From assembly GCF_020745735.1 (NCBI RefSeq), contig NC_083409.1, positions 11,401,052-11,465,051 on the forward strand: DNA of 64,000 nt, in the 5' to 3' direction. Within the stretch, counting starts at the first letter, position 1. Each line of letters starts with the position of its first letter. This DNA comes from Hemiscyllium ocellatum (taxonomy: Eukaryota). Under the pieces are notes generated by a model, which saw only the letters and a list, made by a program, of their open reading frames with translations, did no database searches and had not been told where the DNA came from. This document shows, piece after piece, positions 24,161 to 37,320 of the stretch. The translations under genes were made by a program, and so were the position numbers.

Positions 24161-25724
24161 ACCGATCCAGAAACTCTTTTTCCCATCAGGCCCAGAAATG
24201 GGAGAAACATAAAAATTGGGAGAGTATGAGGAAGGCAGGTAGCCAGGGCAGAAAATGGACAGGAGGGAACAGCCCAAGAACTTCTCCTCAGATTAAAAAG
24301 GAAATTGCTGAGGGTGGAAGTGATGATCAGAAGCTGAAATGTTTGTCTTGGAATAAGGTGGGCCATGTGTGTTTGGAATGTTGAAAATTGTGAGATAAAC
24401 CCATGGGATTTATAGGAGTTAGTAAAATTGAGTCAGAGAGGGGAACACAAACTGACAATCCCACGGAGCAGGTTGTAGCTGTCACTATAACAAAAAGGCC
24501 GGAGGTGAATTCTGTCATTAGTAAAGGAGGTTGTCAGGTAGATGAGAGGTGGACAGGACTTTTATCAAAAGGAATGGTGACTCATTTCTCTTCAGCTAAA
24601 CCCAGAATCAAACTAAGAGATACAGGGGCAATACAATCACTTTTACTGGAGAAAGAATTGATTATCCCTCCAGAGAGCTCAATGGGAGCTAATGTATTAA
24701 CCAATGGGATTGGTGGAGAATATATTCCACTTCCATTGTGTACAGTACAACTGGAATGTGATTTGTAATCAGGAGAAGTAATTGTCGGTTTGGGAAAACA
24801 TTCCCTGTTGAGGGAGTCGATTTCCTTCTGGGGAATGGTTTGTCAGGACTAAAGGCAGTAGCTTCCCCGATAATTACAGAATGTCCAAAGGAGGGCCAAG
24901 AAACAGAACAATGACAGGAACAGGTTCCTGGTCTCTCTCCTTCGTGTGAGGTAACCAGGGCAATGGTTAAACAAAATCCATCAATAAGGGTTGATGTGAC
25001 AAGACAGCAAGTGAAAGGATCGCTGAAACTTTCCGAAAGGGTGAAGATAATCCAGGTGGAGTGGTTGGTATGATGTCACTAATTACAGCAGATCCAAAAA
25101 GCAGATCCTGAATGAAATAAATGAGCACAGTCAGCTCATAATGAGGTCAAGGCTGAAGGAGTTTCAGAGTGCTATTGTGTTCAGAATGGAGCGCTGATGA
25201 GGAAGTGGAGACCCCCTCATAGACCCCCAGAAGAATGGTCGGTTAGACATTGGCTAGTGGTCCCACCCAGCTATCAGAGGGAGATAGTACACGGGGCACA
25301 TGAGACTCCCATGGCAGGTCACATGGGGATTTGGAAAACACAAGCATCCAGAAACAGATATTTTACTGAGCTACAATTGGATAAAGATGTGGTGCAGTTT
25401 TATAAAACGTGTCTTACTTGTCAAGTTATAGGTAAACATCAATACAAAACCAGCATCCTTAATTCCTTTCCCAGTTTTTGAGGAACCATCCCGTCATGTA
25501 CAGGTTTGTCAAGTAGTGAGTATAATAGAGGAGGGGATCAGAAAAAGCTTGAGATCAAAAAAGACCTGGACACTTCCCAAAGTAAACTTCCTGTTATTAG
25601 AGGAACAAATTCAGAGATATTTGAGACTTCAGACACTGTATTTTTGTATCTGGAGAAAGATCAACAGGTAGATTTAGTGAGGCTGCTCAGACAATACAAA
25701 GATGTTTGTATGAGGAGTCGTTGA

Positions 25725-26130
25725 GGACTTTGGTTCTGTCCTTGATGGAGCTTAGAAAGATGAGAGGGAATGTAATTGAAACTTACAGAATACAGGGTGG
25801 CCTGGATAGAGTGGACATGGAGGGGATGTTTCTAATAATAGGAGAGTTGGAGACCTGAGGGAACAGCCTCAGAGTGAAGAGATGATCTTTTGAACTGAGT
25901 TGAGAAGGACTTTCTTCAGCCAGAGTGTCATTAATCTGTGGAACTGCAGAGGGCCTTGGAGACCAATTCGTTGAGTGTATTTAAGAAAGAGATAGATTGG
26001 CTCTTGATTGGTCAAGGGATCAAGATTTACAGGGAAAAGGGAAGAGATTGGGGCTGAGAAACATTATCAACTGTAAATGACCAGACATGATGGGCCAAAT
26101 GGCCCAATTCTGCTCCTTTATCTTGTGGAC
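25725..26130 (+). mobile_element. CR1 3' fragment inserted in the Gypsy pol
   Basis: LMELRKMRGNVIETY-type sequence and typical 3' tail. Confidence 0.75.
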
Positions 26131-26989
26131 TTGTATTGGTACACTTAGATCTATCACATGAATAAAATATAACATGAATTTGGTAATTCAGACAAAATAA
26201 AACAAAAACCAACCGAAACTGGCAATGGAACAAAGGGCTTCCATGTTGGAGAATCAGCTGATTGAACCATATCAGAGGAATTGGAGTTCTCCTGTAGTAT
26301 TGGCTCCTGAACCAAACTGTTCAATTTAATTCTATGTAGACTTGAGGAATCTGAGTCTCATCATAAAACCAGATTCATTCCCTATTCCCAGCTGAGAAGA
26401 TTGTATAGAGAGGGTTTGTAGCATATCATTTTTGTATAAAATTGATTTGTTAAAAGGATGTTTAGATGAACTCACTGATAACTAGAACTAAGCGAGTTTC
26501 TGTATTTATCACACCTAATGGATTATACCCAATGGCAAGTTTTGCTATGTGGACTTAACAACTCTCCAGTCACATTTGAATGATTATTGTGAAAGTGAAC
26601 AAGGTCACACTCCCCCACATTACACTCCATCTGCCCAATATTTCTTCAAAGCCCAGCTGATTCTAATATTCAGCAGGATGGATCTTCATTGAGAAATAGC
26701 CATTTGTAACGAGAATAATTATATCTCTGAGAATCACATTAATAATTGTTTTTATTGAAGCTTTCATAAGTTCTGTGTTGATTGACACAATGCTCTGGTT
26801 TGGGCTTTGCTGTCTGTACAAACCATCTGTAATGTCTTTGCTGCAATGGTTCACATTTACATCATCAAACTCACACTCCAAATATCCCGTCATTATTCTC
26901 CATGGGATTCACTGGCATTGGCTCAAATCGAACTCCCAGCAGCTGAAATGGAGGGAGGGATACGGCTTAGAGAGCAAGAGATGGAACAC

Positions 26990-26991
<2 letters not shown>

Positions 26992-27036
<45 letters not shown>

Positions 27037-27058
27037 GAGACAGAGAGAGACAGAGAGC
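26992..27058. repeat. (GA)n / (GAGACAGA)n microsatellite
   Basis: Read directly from the sequence. Confidence 0.95.
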
Positions 27059-27229
27059 AATGAAGCACTAAAAGAGAGGGGGATAGACCTTGGACAGAGA
27101 AAGAGGTTTGGAATTCAGAGTGAGATCTATGCAGCTGTGTTAGAGAGGGGTGGGGAGAGAGAGTGAGTGAGAGAGATGGAGTCAAGGAGTTCTATGTCAA
27201 AGATAAATTATACTCTGTTAAAGATTGCA

Positions 27230-30200
27230 CTGGATGAATGCTGACTCTCTTACTCTGTGAACACTACCTCCAAAGCTGTCTAACTTTGTGTCATTAGCAA
27301 ACTAGAGTATCTGACTTTCTGTACCATTATCCAATGCATTAATAAATAATGTAAATAATTGAGATGTGCGCACACATTCCTATTGGACACGACTGGTCAC
27401 ATCCTGCCAATTTCAGCAGTTACCCATTATCTCTGTTTTCTGTCGCCTGTCACTCAACCAATTTCGGTATGGCAGTATTTTAGCCTCAATTCTGTGGATT
27501 TCTAACTGAGTTGAACAGTTTCTTACATGGGATTTTATCAAATGCCTGCTGGAAGTCCCTATAAACAACATCCATTGACATTACTGTGTCCAGTAATTTT
27601 GTTTCCTCTTCAAAAATGTTCAATGAGATTTTTCACCATGACCAACTTGTCATGAATCCATGCTGATTCTCCCTGATTAACTGACCATTTTCAAGGTCTG
27701 CAGTTACCCCCATCCTTGATTATAGACTACAACAATTTCCACACCACAAACGTTGGCTTAATGACCTGTAATTCCCTGGCTTTTCTCTAACATCTTTGTT
27801 AAATGTGAAATGAAATTTGCAATTTTCCAATTCAGAGGTACGACTCCTGAATCCAGGTAACTCTGAAAGATTATAGTCAGGGTGTCTGCAATGTGGTCTA
27901 TTACTACTTTTTCACCCTAAGGTCCTGAGGATTTGTCACTCTTTAGTTCCATTATTTTCCTTATTACACATGTTCTATTGAAATTAACTTTATTGAGGTG
28001 ACACAGTGGTTAGCACTGCTGCCTCACAGCACCAGAGTCCCAGGTTCAATTCCAGCCTTGGGCAATTGCCTGTGTGGAGTTTGCACATTGTCTGCATGGG
28101 TTTCCTCCGACTATCCAAAGATGTGCAGGTCAGGTGAATTGGCCATACTAAATTGCCCATAGTGTTAAGTGCATTAGTCAGAGGGAAAATGGGTCTGGGT
28201 GGGTTACTCTTCGGAGGGTCGGTGTGGACTGGTTGGGCCAAAAGGCATGTTTGCACACTGCAGGGAATCTAATCAGTCCCTGATACAGATCCTCTGTTAA
28301 TTCCTTTGGGACTTCAGGCAAGTCCTCTTCCTTTTCTAGTGCAAATCTTGAGGTAAAGTATTTATTTAACATGTCTGTCATTTCCCCATTGTCACTGACA
28401 ATATCCCTCACTTTCAGTCTTTAATGGCCAACATTGCTCCTGACCTCCCTGCTTCCCTGTTATGGAACTGTAACATTTCTCCTGATTGATTTTGTTACAT
28501 GTTTCCTTTCAGAATCCCTTTTGGTAGCTCTTAGAAGCTGATATGTGGCCCTTTTGTATCCTTCCCATTCAGCGGAATCTGTCCTTATTTTTTGCTTTTC
28601 TGTAAGCCTGTTTTAACATTTTATTCTTTCCCTGATCTCTTTAATTGACCATTGTTGTTTGTTCGCATTTCCCTCTCAGGTATAAACTGGCTTTGTTTTG
28701 TGTTGAATGTTCCTTTAAATATTCCCCACTGTCCTTCAGTTGTTTTACCCATGAGCAGATTTTCCCAGTTTATTGTGGACAGTTTCTGTCGCATCTTGTT
28801 AAAGTCGGCCCTTACCTTAATCTCAAAATCGAGCAGCTGATTCATTCTTTTTACTTTCAAATGCGACACTGAACTAGATCATGTTATGATCGCTATTTGT
28901 TAAATGTTCATGCACAAATAGTTACGAACTAAATCTGGCTCATTATTCATTACTAATTCCAATATTGCTTGTCCCCTTGTTGTATCCAGGACCTATTGCT
29001 GTTGGAAACTATTCTGGACACACAGCAGCAATTCACTACCTTTCTGACAGAGGGCTTGTCTGTCTCCCAATCTAAGTTAAAGTTAAACTTCCCCATTAAT
29101 AATACACTGGCTTTGCTACACACTTGTCTAATTCCTCCATTTATATAATCCAGCACCTCAGAGCTGCTGTCAGGGGGGTCTGTATCCAACATCTACTACA
29201 GTTTTAGATCCTTTCCTGCTCCTCAGTCCCACTGAATGTTTTCTCCTCATTATGACCTCCCTCACCATTGAAGCCATTTTTTCCCTCATCAATGAAGCTG
29301 CTCCACCTCTTCTGCCATTTCCCTATATCCATCCTGTGAACCTTCTAACCCGATAGATATCGTTCCCAATCTGAATGATTCTGCAACTATGGCTCAGTAA
29401 TTGATCCGATACCACAATCTTAAATTTGAATTTGTGCCTGCAGATTATTGTATTTATTCCTTATGCTCCGTGCATTCGTATGTAGGACTCTTATTTAGTC
29501 CATTCACTGGAATCTGTTCCTCAGCACTGATGCTGTACTCACCTCTTTCTTATTTCTCTCCATCTGTTTAATCAATATCCTTCTGATAGCTTTCCTGATA
29601 TTGTCCAAATAGGACCTTTTGCCGATTTATGCTGATGTTGTTGGTCCCAACACAGACAACAACAACTGGATTCTCAACCGCCCCCACCCCCACACTCCCA
29701 CCACCCCCCCCCCCCCCCCCCAAGTCTGTTTTCCTTAAAAGCCGGCTCGAGATGCCCTTAACATGAAACCAGGCAGGCAACACACCATGTGGGGCTCTCA
29801 ATCCTGCTCACAAAGGATGCTATCAGTTCCCCTCATTATCAAGACCCCTCTTTTCTTTATGCTCCCCCAATCTGAGTGGTCTCCTGGACCATGGTGCAGT
29901 GGTTTCCTTCGTTCATTCATAGGAAATGGACATCTCTGGCCAAGCCAGCAATGACTGCCCTTAGGAGTCATCGAATCATAGAATCCATACAGCGTGAAAC
30001 AGGTCATTCAGACCAATGAGTCCACACCAACATTCTGAAGAGCATCCCACCCAGACTTGTCTCCCTACCTTATCCCTGTAAATCTGCATCTCCCATGGCT
30101 AATGCACCTAACCTACACATCCCTACATTTTCCCCAGTTTAGACATTATAATTTCTGCTCTATCTTTATCTTTTTATATAATGACTTTGAAACTTACAGA

Positions 30201-30620
30201 GTTATGGTCACTATCACCAAAATCCTCAAACGACATTTGCCCATTCTCCCGACAATCCTTTTCCTCATTGACACAGGGAGCAAGTACCTCATTCCTGTTG
30301 GACAAGGAGCTGAAGCACCTGTAAGGCTAAATCCAGGCTGCATCGGCCTGTTCACTTTTGGTCACACCCTCCTGTCCCTGACCACTGGCCATAATTTGAA
30401 GTATTTAACCTACAAGGTGTGACTGTCTCCCCAAACACAGTGTCCAGGTAACTCTCCCCCTCCCTGATGTGTCGCAGTGTTTGAAGCTCAGATTCCAGCT
30501 CATCAACTCTGAGCTGGAGTGCCTTGAGCAACCAACACTTGCTGTAGATGTGGTCACTCTGAGCTACAATGGGCTCCACCAGCTTCCCCATCGTACAATT
30601 ACTACACATCACCCGGCCCT
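27230..30620 (-). mobile_element. Decayed CR1 LINE including ORF1 zinc-finger/coiled-coil and esterase remnants
   Basis: 30352-30612 CSNC..C..LQLRVDELESELQTLRHIRE; 29568-29801 VCVGTNNI; 28953-29192 LMGKFNF. Confidence 0.8.
27995..28274 (+). mobile_element. HE1-like tRNA-derived SINE
   Basis: ACAGTGGTTAGCACTGCTGCCTCACAGC..GGTTCAATTCC head, GGGCC....GCATGTTTGCACACT tail. Confidence 0.85.
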
Positions 30621-31058
30621 GTATGTGGGAATTGTTTGAGGAGTTTTTAATTTATGTTTTAAAATTTGCTGCTGGTCTTTAGTTTTTAATCTGTAAAATA
30701 TTTCCGTCCAGGAGACAGAGAAGGTGCCAGCACAGGAGGAGGCTGTTCAGCCCCTTGTGTCAGTGCTAGCTGTTTACGAGCCTCAATTACAATGAACATC
30801 TCCATTGAATGTCTGTTGTCAGGAAGTGATTGAGTCTGTTTTTAGAGACAGAATAACGGACAAATATGAACTGGTCCGAGAGAATCAGCATGGATTGACA
30901 AAGGTTCAGACATCTTTAAATAACCGGATTACACTTTGTTAGGAGCTCACTAGTTTGGGATATAAGGGAATGTCGATGGCTATTGTCTATCGGGACTTCC
31001 AAAAAACATTTAAGTACGTTCCACAAAAGAAACATTGATTCAGATCTTACACTCCACA

Positions 31059-31185
31059 ACCATCTGATGAAGGAGCAGTGCTCCAAACGCTGATGCTTCC
31101 AAACAAACCTGTTGCATTAGAACCTGGTGTTGTGTGATTTTTAACATTTACATAACAGTCCAACACCGGCATCTCCAAATCATGG
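31059..31185 (+). mobile_element. Single arm of hairpin family B (Penelope pLTR-derived) with hammerhead-like core
   Basis: CTGATGA (31064-31070)-AGGAGC-AGT-GCTCC-AAAC. Downstream matches the arms of 39198-39399. Confidence 0.6.
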
Positions 31186-31399
31186 AATTGGATGGAATTT
31201 GAGAAATGCATTTACCTTGGGTCAGGAATGGGTCTGTCTAGGAGACAGAGAGGAAGGATAATGTGCGTGTGTTCCAATGAGACAGATGTGAGTAGTGGTA
31301 TTCCCAGGGATCTGTGCTGAGGCCTCAGCTTTTCAAGATATTTCTCAATGACTTGGATGAAGAAACAGAGAGCCATATATCCAAGATTATTGATCACAC

Positions 31400-31865
31400 T
31401 GAGTGAGGCAGCTTGGAGGAGGTCACAGAGATAGGGAGGGTGGAAGAACAGGGAGCAGTTTGAGAACAAGGATGAGAATTTAAAAATCGAGGTGTTGCTG
31501 GACCAGGAGCTTATGTCAGTCAGTGAGGATTGTGGTGGATATGGTGGGGTGGGGAGGCGTGGGCAGGGGTATGGGGTGGACTTGGTGTGAGTTTGAAAAC
31601 AGACAGCAGAGTTTGGGATGAGCTGATGTTTACGGAAGTCAGTGGCTGTGATGTGGGCCTGGATAACATTGGAATGGTCTCAAAAACATGGTTGAGATTT
31701 TCAGTGGCTGATAATTGTGATGTGGAGGATTTGGGCCTCAAATCAGCCCCAAAGATGAGGCCAAAGTTGTAAAGAGTCTGGTTGAGCTGCAGACAGTGCT
31801 CAGGGAGAGGAATGGAGCTTGTACCGGGAGCTGAAGAGGATGGCTTTGATCTTCCCAATGTGTTT
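31400..31865 (-). mobile_element. L2-like LINE fragment (inverted paralogue of 9165-9600)
   Basis: ORF 31520-31858 LNQTLYNFGLIF matches the left copy. Confidence 0.7.
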
Positions 31866-31869
31866 CCCA

Positions 31870-32120
31870 GTGCGCCTGGCTCCTCAGTCCTGACTGCTCT
31901 TAGCTGCTGTGATTGTCACTGATTGGACACTTATTATTAGAGATTCTGACCACAGCAGAAAGCCCCAGTGTAAAAAATAAATGCAAAGACTGTCAGAGCA
32001 CAAGGTTGAAACTTCACCAAGAGAGGAAGTGAAAGAAGGAGCTCGGAGCAGCTGGGTGTTTGTTACTGAGACGGGAGAAAACTGTAAACTGTCTGCACTC
32101 CCTGGAATCTGACAGCACAG
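31870..32120. promoter_or_regulatory. Conserved enhancer-like block (EICE + E-box + octamer-like), right copy
   Basis: GAGGAAGTGAAA 32023-32034, CAGCTG 32049-32054, ATGCAAAG 31981-31988. Confidence 0.5.
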
Positions 32121-32299
32121 GAGGAGGCCATTCAGCCCATCATGCCTTTGAATGACCCAGTGAATCCCACTGCTCCCCTCTCTCTCCCCATAACCCAGCA
32201 AATCTTTCCTTTACAGTTCAATCTCCAATTCTCTCTTATAGACCTCATGTCCACAGAGTGAGACTGCCCTGAACCTGGGCTTCAAATTGGCATCTCATT

Positions 32300-34500
32300 C
32301 ATTCATTGGGAGACAAACTGCCTGGGCTGGGAAATGGAGTTCAGGATCCTGAACATTCCCTCTCCCCTCCTGAGGAACACTTCATTTGGTTTTGCATATT
32401 CACTTGTGGGAAGTGGGCTTCAACGGCTGGGCCAACATTTTTTACCCTGTCCCTAGTTACCCTGGAGAAGGCGCTGGGAACCTGACTTTTTGACTATAGT
32501 CCACAAGACGTAAGTTGACCCACAATGCTGTTGGGGAGAGAATGCCAGCATTTTAACCCAGCAAGGCTGAGGGATCAGCGACATATTTCCAAGTCTGGAT
32601 GCGAAGCTTTTTCGAGGGGAACTTGCAGCTCACAGTGTTCCCATGTATCTGCTGCTCTTGTTCTAAATGGAAGTGAACGTGGGTTTGGAGGGAAACCAAA
32701 AGAACTGCAGATGCTGTAAATCTGAGACAAAAATAGAAAGTGCAGGAAAAGCTCAGCAGGTCTGGCAGCATCTGTGAAGAGAAATCAGAGTTAATATTTC
32801 ATGCTCAACCCAAAATGTTAATTCTGATTTCTCTCCAAGATGCTGCCAGACCTGCTGAGCTTTTCCTGCAATTTCTACTTTTGTCCATGGGTTTGGAAGG
32901 TGCTATCTGAAGATCGGTGATGAATTTCTGCAGTGCATCTTATCAATAATACACACTGCTGCTATGGAGCGTCAGTGACAGTGAGTTTGGATGCTTTGAG
33001 AATGTGATGCCAATCAAGGAGTTTGCTTTGCTCTGGATGGTATCAAGCTTTTTGAGTGGATAAGAAAGACATAGGATACAGTCGACATAGATAGGAAAGG
33101 TTTCAAGGGATATGTGTGAAATGCAGGCAAATAAGATGAGTTCACTTCAGAAAACCTGGTCAGCACGTAGAAGTTTGGCTTAAGGGTTTGTTCCTGTGCT
33201 GTATGACTCTGTGAATGTTGTTGGAGCTGCACCTGTCCAGGCAAGTGGGGAGTAGTTGCTCACACTCCTGACTTGGTTGACAGGCTTTGGGGGATCAGGA
33301 GGTGAATTACTGGATGCAGTATTTCTAGCCTCTAACTTGCTCTTGTAACCACTGTGTTTCTTTTGTGAATCCAGTTGTGTTTCTGGTCAATGGCACCTCA
33401 AGAATGTTGATCGTGGGGATTCAGTGATGGTAATAGCATTGATTGTCAAGGGGCGATGTTAAGTTTGTCTCTTATTGGTGATGGTGATTGGCTGGCATTT
33501 GCATGGCACCAATGGGAAATGTCACTTCTCAGACAAAACCTGGATATTGTCCAGATATTGTTGCATTTGCACGTGGACTGCTTCAGTATCTGAGGAGTTG
33601 AGAAGAGTGCTGAGCATTATGCAATCTTTGCCAATCATCCCCATTTACGAGTTTGCCTTGAGTTGCAATATCTGTTTCGAGTCTGTCCTATTTAGTACGG
33701 TGATAGTACCACAACACAATGGAGGAGATTCTCAATGTGAAGGTCAGACTTTGTTTCTACAAGGACTGTGTGCTGGTCACTCTTACCAATACTGCCAAGG
33801 ATAGATGCACCTACAGCCACAAGATTGGTGAGGATGGGGTCAAGCATCTTTTTCCATCTTTTTGGTTCCAGCTGCAGAGCAAGTCCCTCAGCTACATCCA
33901 TGAGGAACCAACCAGCTCGATCAGTAATGCTGCTGCCGAGCCACTCTCAGTGGTGGGCATTGAAACCCCCCACCCAGAGTACACTCTCTGCTGTCATCAC
34001 CCTCAGTGCTTCCTCTAAATGTTGTTCAACATCCAGGAGAGACTGATTCATCAGCCGAGGGAGCAAGATACCTTGTAATGACCAGGAGGTTTCCTCGCCC
34101 ATGTTTAACCTGGTGTCATGAGGTCCAGAGCCAACTTTGAGACATCCCAGGGTAACTCCCTTCTGGCTGTAGACCACTGTGTCATCAGCTCTGCTGGGTC
34201 TGCCTTTCTGGTGGGACAGGACACATGCAGGGACAGTGATGGTGGTGTCTGGGACATTGTCTGTATGGTTCTGTGAGTATGGCTGTGTCAGGCTGTTGCT
34301 TGAGTCATCTGTGAGACAGCTCTCCTGAATTTGGCACTAGCTCCCAGATGTCAGTAAGGAGGATGGAGCAGGGTAGACAGGGCTGTTTCTGTCATTGTCT
34401 TTTCGGTGTCTAGATCGATGCCTGTGGTCCGCCCGGTCTCATTTCTTTGTTGAAACATTGTCATAATTGATACAACTGAGAGCCCTGCTCGGCCATTTCA
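32300..34500 (-). mobile_element. Decayed LINE with apurinic endonuclease region
   Basis: ORF 33947-34177 ..VLWVGGFNAHH (GDFN-like); 33692-33901 LDPILTN..SDQHTV. Confidence 0.65.
32690..32887. mobile_element. Palindromic mini-element (family A-like) with 10-bp TSD
   Basis: Inverted arms GCAGGAAAAGCTCAGCAGGTCTGGCAGCATCT / AGATGCTGCCAGACCTGCTGAGCTTTTCCTGC. TGGGTTTGGA at 32680-32689 and 32888-32897. Confidence 0.8.
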
Positions 34501-35354
34501 GAGGGCACTAGAGAGTCAACCACATTGCTAGAGGACAGCGCCGTGTACCCCGGCAGTACATTCCCACCTCCCCCACTTCCATATTCTGTATATGGAAGGC
34601 GGAAGCCTGCCAGCAGGATATTCAACCGCAGGAGCTATCACAGCCCGTGTGCAATTCTGCCCCCACATTAAATCCACACAAGTCTTGAATTCACATAGCA
34701 ACTTCAATGTCCAAACATTCCACGAATGTTCACAAAGTTGCAGTAAGAGGGATTGGGGAGGGGGTGGAGGAACATAAGAACTAAGAGCAGGAGCAGGCAA
34801 TTCAGCCCCTCGAGCCCACTCCACCATTTAATACAATCATGGCTGATCCCATCTCAGACTCAACTCCACTTTCCTGCCCACTCTCCATCATCCTTTAACC
34901 CATTAATCATTAAATATCTGTTAATCTCCTCCTTGGTGTGAGACAGGGAAGGGACCACTCCATTCAGAAAAGACTGACTATGGAAGGGGAAGGAGAGGGG
35001 AAGGGATTGGAACATGTTGTGAATGGACAGGATGGGTCAGTGGGTCAGAGCCTGTCCTGTGCCTCCAACTCACACTGATGATCTGAGGATCTCCTCTCTC
35101 TGCTAGGCCTTCATGGAATGAGGTTTGTGTCCAAATCAGTCCCCAGTGAGAATAGGCCAACAGCACAGAACTGCACAGAACTGCCCTTCATTTGACCAGA
35201 ATCTGTCCATCTTCCTGGGAGAGGCCAAACCCTGGTCAACGTGGAAATAGGGCCTTACTCCAGGAGAAGACAGGGGTCAAGGGTTAACATCAATTAGTGG
35301 AGCAGAGCAGAGGGAGATTTATCCTGCATTCAACTGTCACCACCCAGGACACTG

Positions 35355-35956
35355 TCAGAAAGAGAGAGCAGTGAGACAGAGAGAGATGGAGGGAAAAATA
35401 GTGAGTGTGGGCGTGCGTGTGTGTGCGTGTGTGTGTGTGTGAGAGAAAGTAAGAAAGAAAGTGAGAGAGAGAGATAGAGGGACGAGCATCTGATACGGTG
35501 TAAGATATGTGAGGGGACCAAGAGAGTTAGAGGGAGGTAGAAATGGTGAGGCTGAGGGATAGAGAGTGAAACAAGATGTGAGACAGTGTGACTGAGAGGG
35601 ATGGAGAGAGAGAAAGAGACAAGGAGAGAGAGAGAGAGAGAGTGAGAGACAGGATGGGTGTGAGACAAAGCATGAAGAGAGTTGAGAGGGAGGGTAGAGT
35701 TGAGTGTGAGAGAGAGAGATGAGTATGGGTAGATTTATAATGACAGAGAGAGAGAGGGAGAGAGACTGTAAATTGGGATTGACAGAGGGAAGGAGAGAGA
35801 AAGAGGGAGGAATAGACAGTGGCAGATAACAATTGGAGGCTTTTAATTGAAGTGAGAGAGGGAGCGAGTAACAGAGACAGTGAGAGATGGAGAAACAGAT
35901 GATAAGATGGAGTGAGAAAGCATCAGTGAGTTGGAGAGAGTGGCTATGAGACAGAG

Positions 35957-35989
<33 letters not shown>

Positions 35990-36075
35990 ACATGAAAGAG
36001 ATTAACAGTGGGAGAGAGAGGTAGAGGTAGAGAGAAAGAAATGGCAGATGTGAGTCAGAGAGAGAGAGAGGGACA
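35355..36075. repeat. GA-rich low-complexity tract
   Basis: Inverted paralogue of 4322-4760, longer here. Confidence 0.85.
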
Positions 36076-37113
36076 GGTCCTGGTCACCACACTCTGGGAA
36101 GAATGTGATTGTACCTGAGAGGGTACAGGGGAGATTTCCCAGGATGCTGCCTGAATGTGAGCTTTGAGCAGTGAAGGCTTAACAGGGACCTGATAGAGAG
36201 GGATAAGATTATTCAGGACAGTGATAGGGTGGGTAGGATGGCACTTTTTACATGAGTAAAAGACTTAAAAACCTGGTAGAGATTGAAGGTAACACAGACA
36301 TGGACACGTAGAAACTTGGAGCAGCAGTAGGCCATTCGGCCCTTTGAGTCTGCTCTGTCATTCAGTATGATCATGGCTGTCTCAATTTTTGAATGTCATC
36401 ATTTCTTCGAGGGTCAGTGTGGGCTTGTCGGGCCAAATGGCCTGTTTCCACACTGTAGGCATTCTATGATCTATGGCTGATCCTCTCTCTCAAAGCCATA
36501 TTCCTGCCTTCTCCCCATTCTCTTCAAGCTGTTAAAATGCAAAACAATTATCTCTCTTTTTCTTGAATATATTCAGTTCCTTGTCCTCCACAGCCTTCAG
36601 TGGTAGAGAATTCCACAGGTTGACCACCCTCTGAGTGAAGAAATGTTTCCTCATCTCAGTCCTAAATGGTCTACCCTGTATCCCCCTGAGCCTGTGTCCC
36701 CTGGTTCCAGTCTCCCCAACCAGGGGAAACCTCCTCCCTGCCCAGCCCTGTTACAATTTTATATGTTTCAATCAGATCCCCTCTCATCGTTCTGAACACG
36801 AGGGAGTCCATGGCCAGGCGAGTTGGAGAATTGGAGAGTGAGAGGAGAGTTGAGAAGAAATGTTTTCATCCAGAGGGTGGTGGGAGTCTGGAACTCACTG
36901 CCTGAAAGGCTGGTTGAGTCACAAACTCTCGTGACATTGGAGCAGTGTTTAGATATTCCCTTGTGTTGCTGTAACCTCCAGGGTAACGGGCCAAGAGCTG
37001 GAGGATGGGATTAGTGTCATCAGACCGCTGTTTACCAGCACAGACACAATGGGCCAAATGGCCTCATTCAATGTTGTTCACATCAATGACTCTGAGAGAG
37101 AGAGAGAGAGAGA

Positions 37114-37211
37114 AGAGGAAGTGTGAGGGGCTGACGTGGTTCTCTCTGCCTGATGCCATTTACATACTGAGGAACACCCAGTCAGACTCTCACAGGCTGC
37201 AGCTTTATAAA
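37114..37211 (+). promoter_or_regulatory. V2 promoter: PU.1/Ets site, CRE-like site, octamer variant, TATA
   Basis: AGAGGAAGTG 37114-37123, TGACGTGG 37132-37139, ATTTACAT 37158-37165, TTTATAAA 37204-37211, all 60-160 bp before the ATG. Confidence 0.75.
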
Positions 37212-37271
37212 GCAGAGCCCAGTGAAGGGAGAGTTTATCAGGAACCAGGCACAGGGACAGGAGCATACACC

Positions 37272-37320
37272 ATGATTTCACACATCCAGCTGATCTGGCC
37301 CCTGGCATTCTGTGTCGCAG
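37272..37320 (+). CDS. IGKV: Ig kappa-type leader exon, MISHIQLIWPLAFCVA(G)
   Basis: ccATG start, 49 nt, phase-1 GT donor at 37321, hydrophobic signal peptide. Confidence 0.95.

Larger units (their letters stand above)
23590..26610 (+). mobile_element. Decayed Ty3/Gypsy LTR retrotransposon, Gmr1-like order (gag-PR-IN-RT)
   Basis: Gag EKDVEAFF.. and zinc-knuckle remnant KCLSWNKVGHV (~24340); protease LRDTGAIQSLL (~24610); integrase HHCC region AHE..GHMG..CLTCQ (25197-25481); RT start WSSPVVL..YVDLRNL..DSFPIP (~26250-26400). Confidence 0.8.

Noticed and set aside
27995-28070. tRNA-like A/B boxes (also 18640-18716 and 48205-48290)
   Set aside because: These are SINE heads continuing into SINE bodies, with no complete cloverleaf.
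29704-29721. C18 homopolymer
   Set aside because: Simple repeat within decayed CR1; its length may be a sequencing artefact.
35355-35993. 212-aa Ser/Leu-rich ORF (also 4256-4789)
   Set aside because: Arises from CT/GA low-complexity sequence that lacks stop codons.
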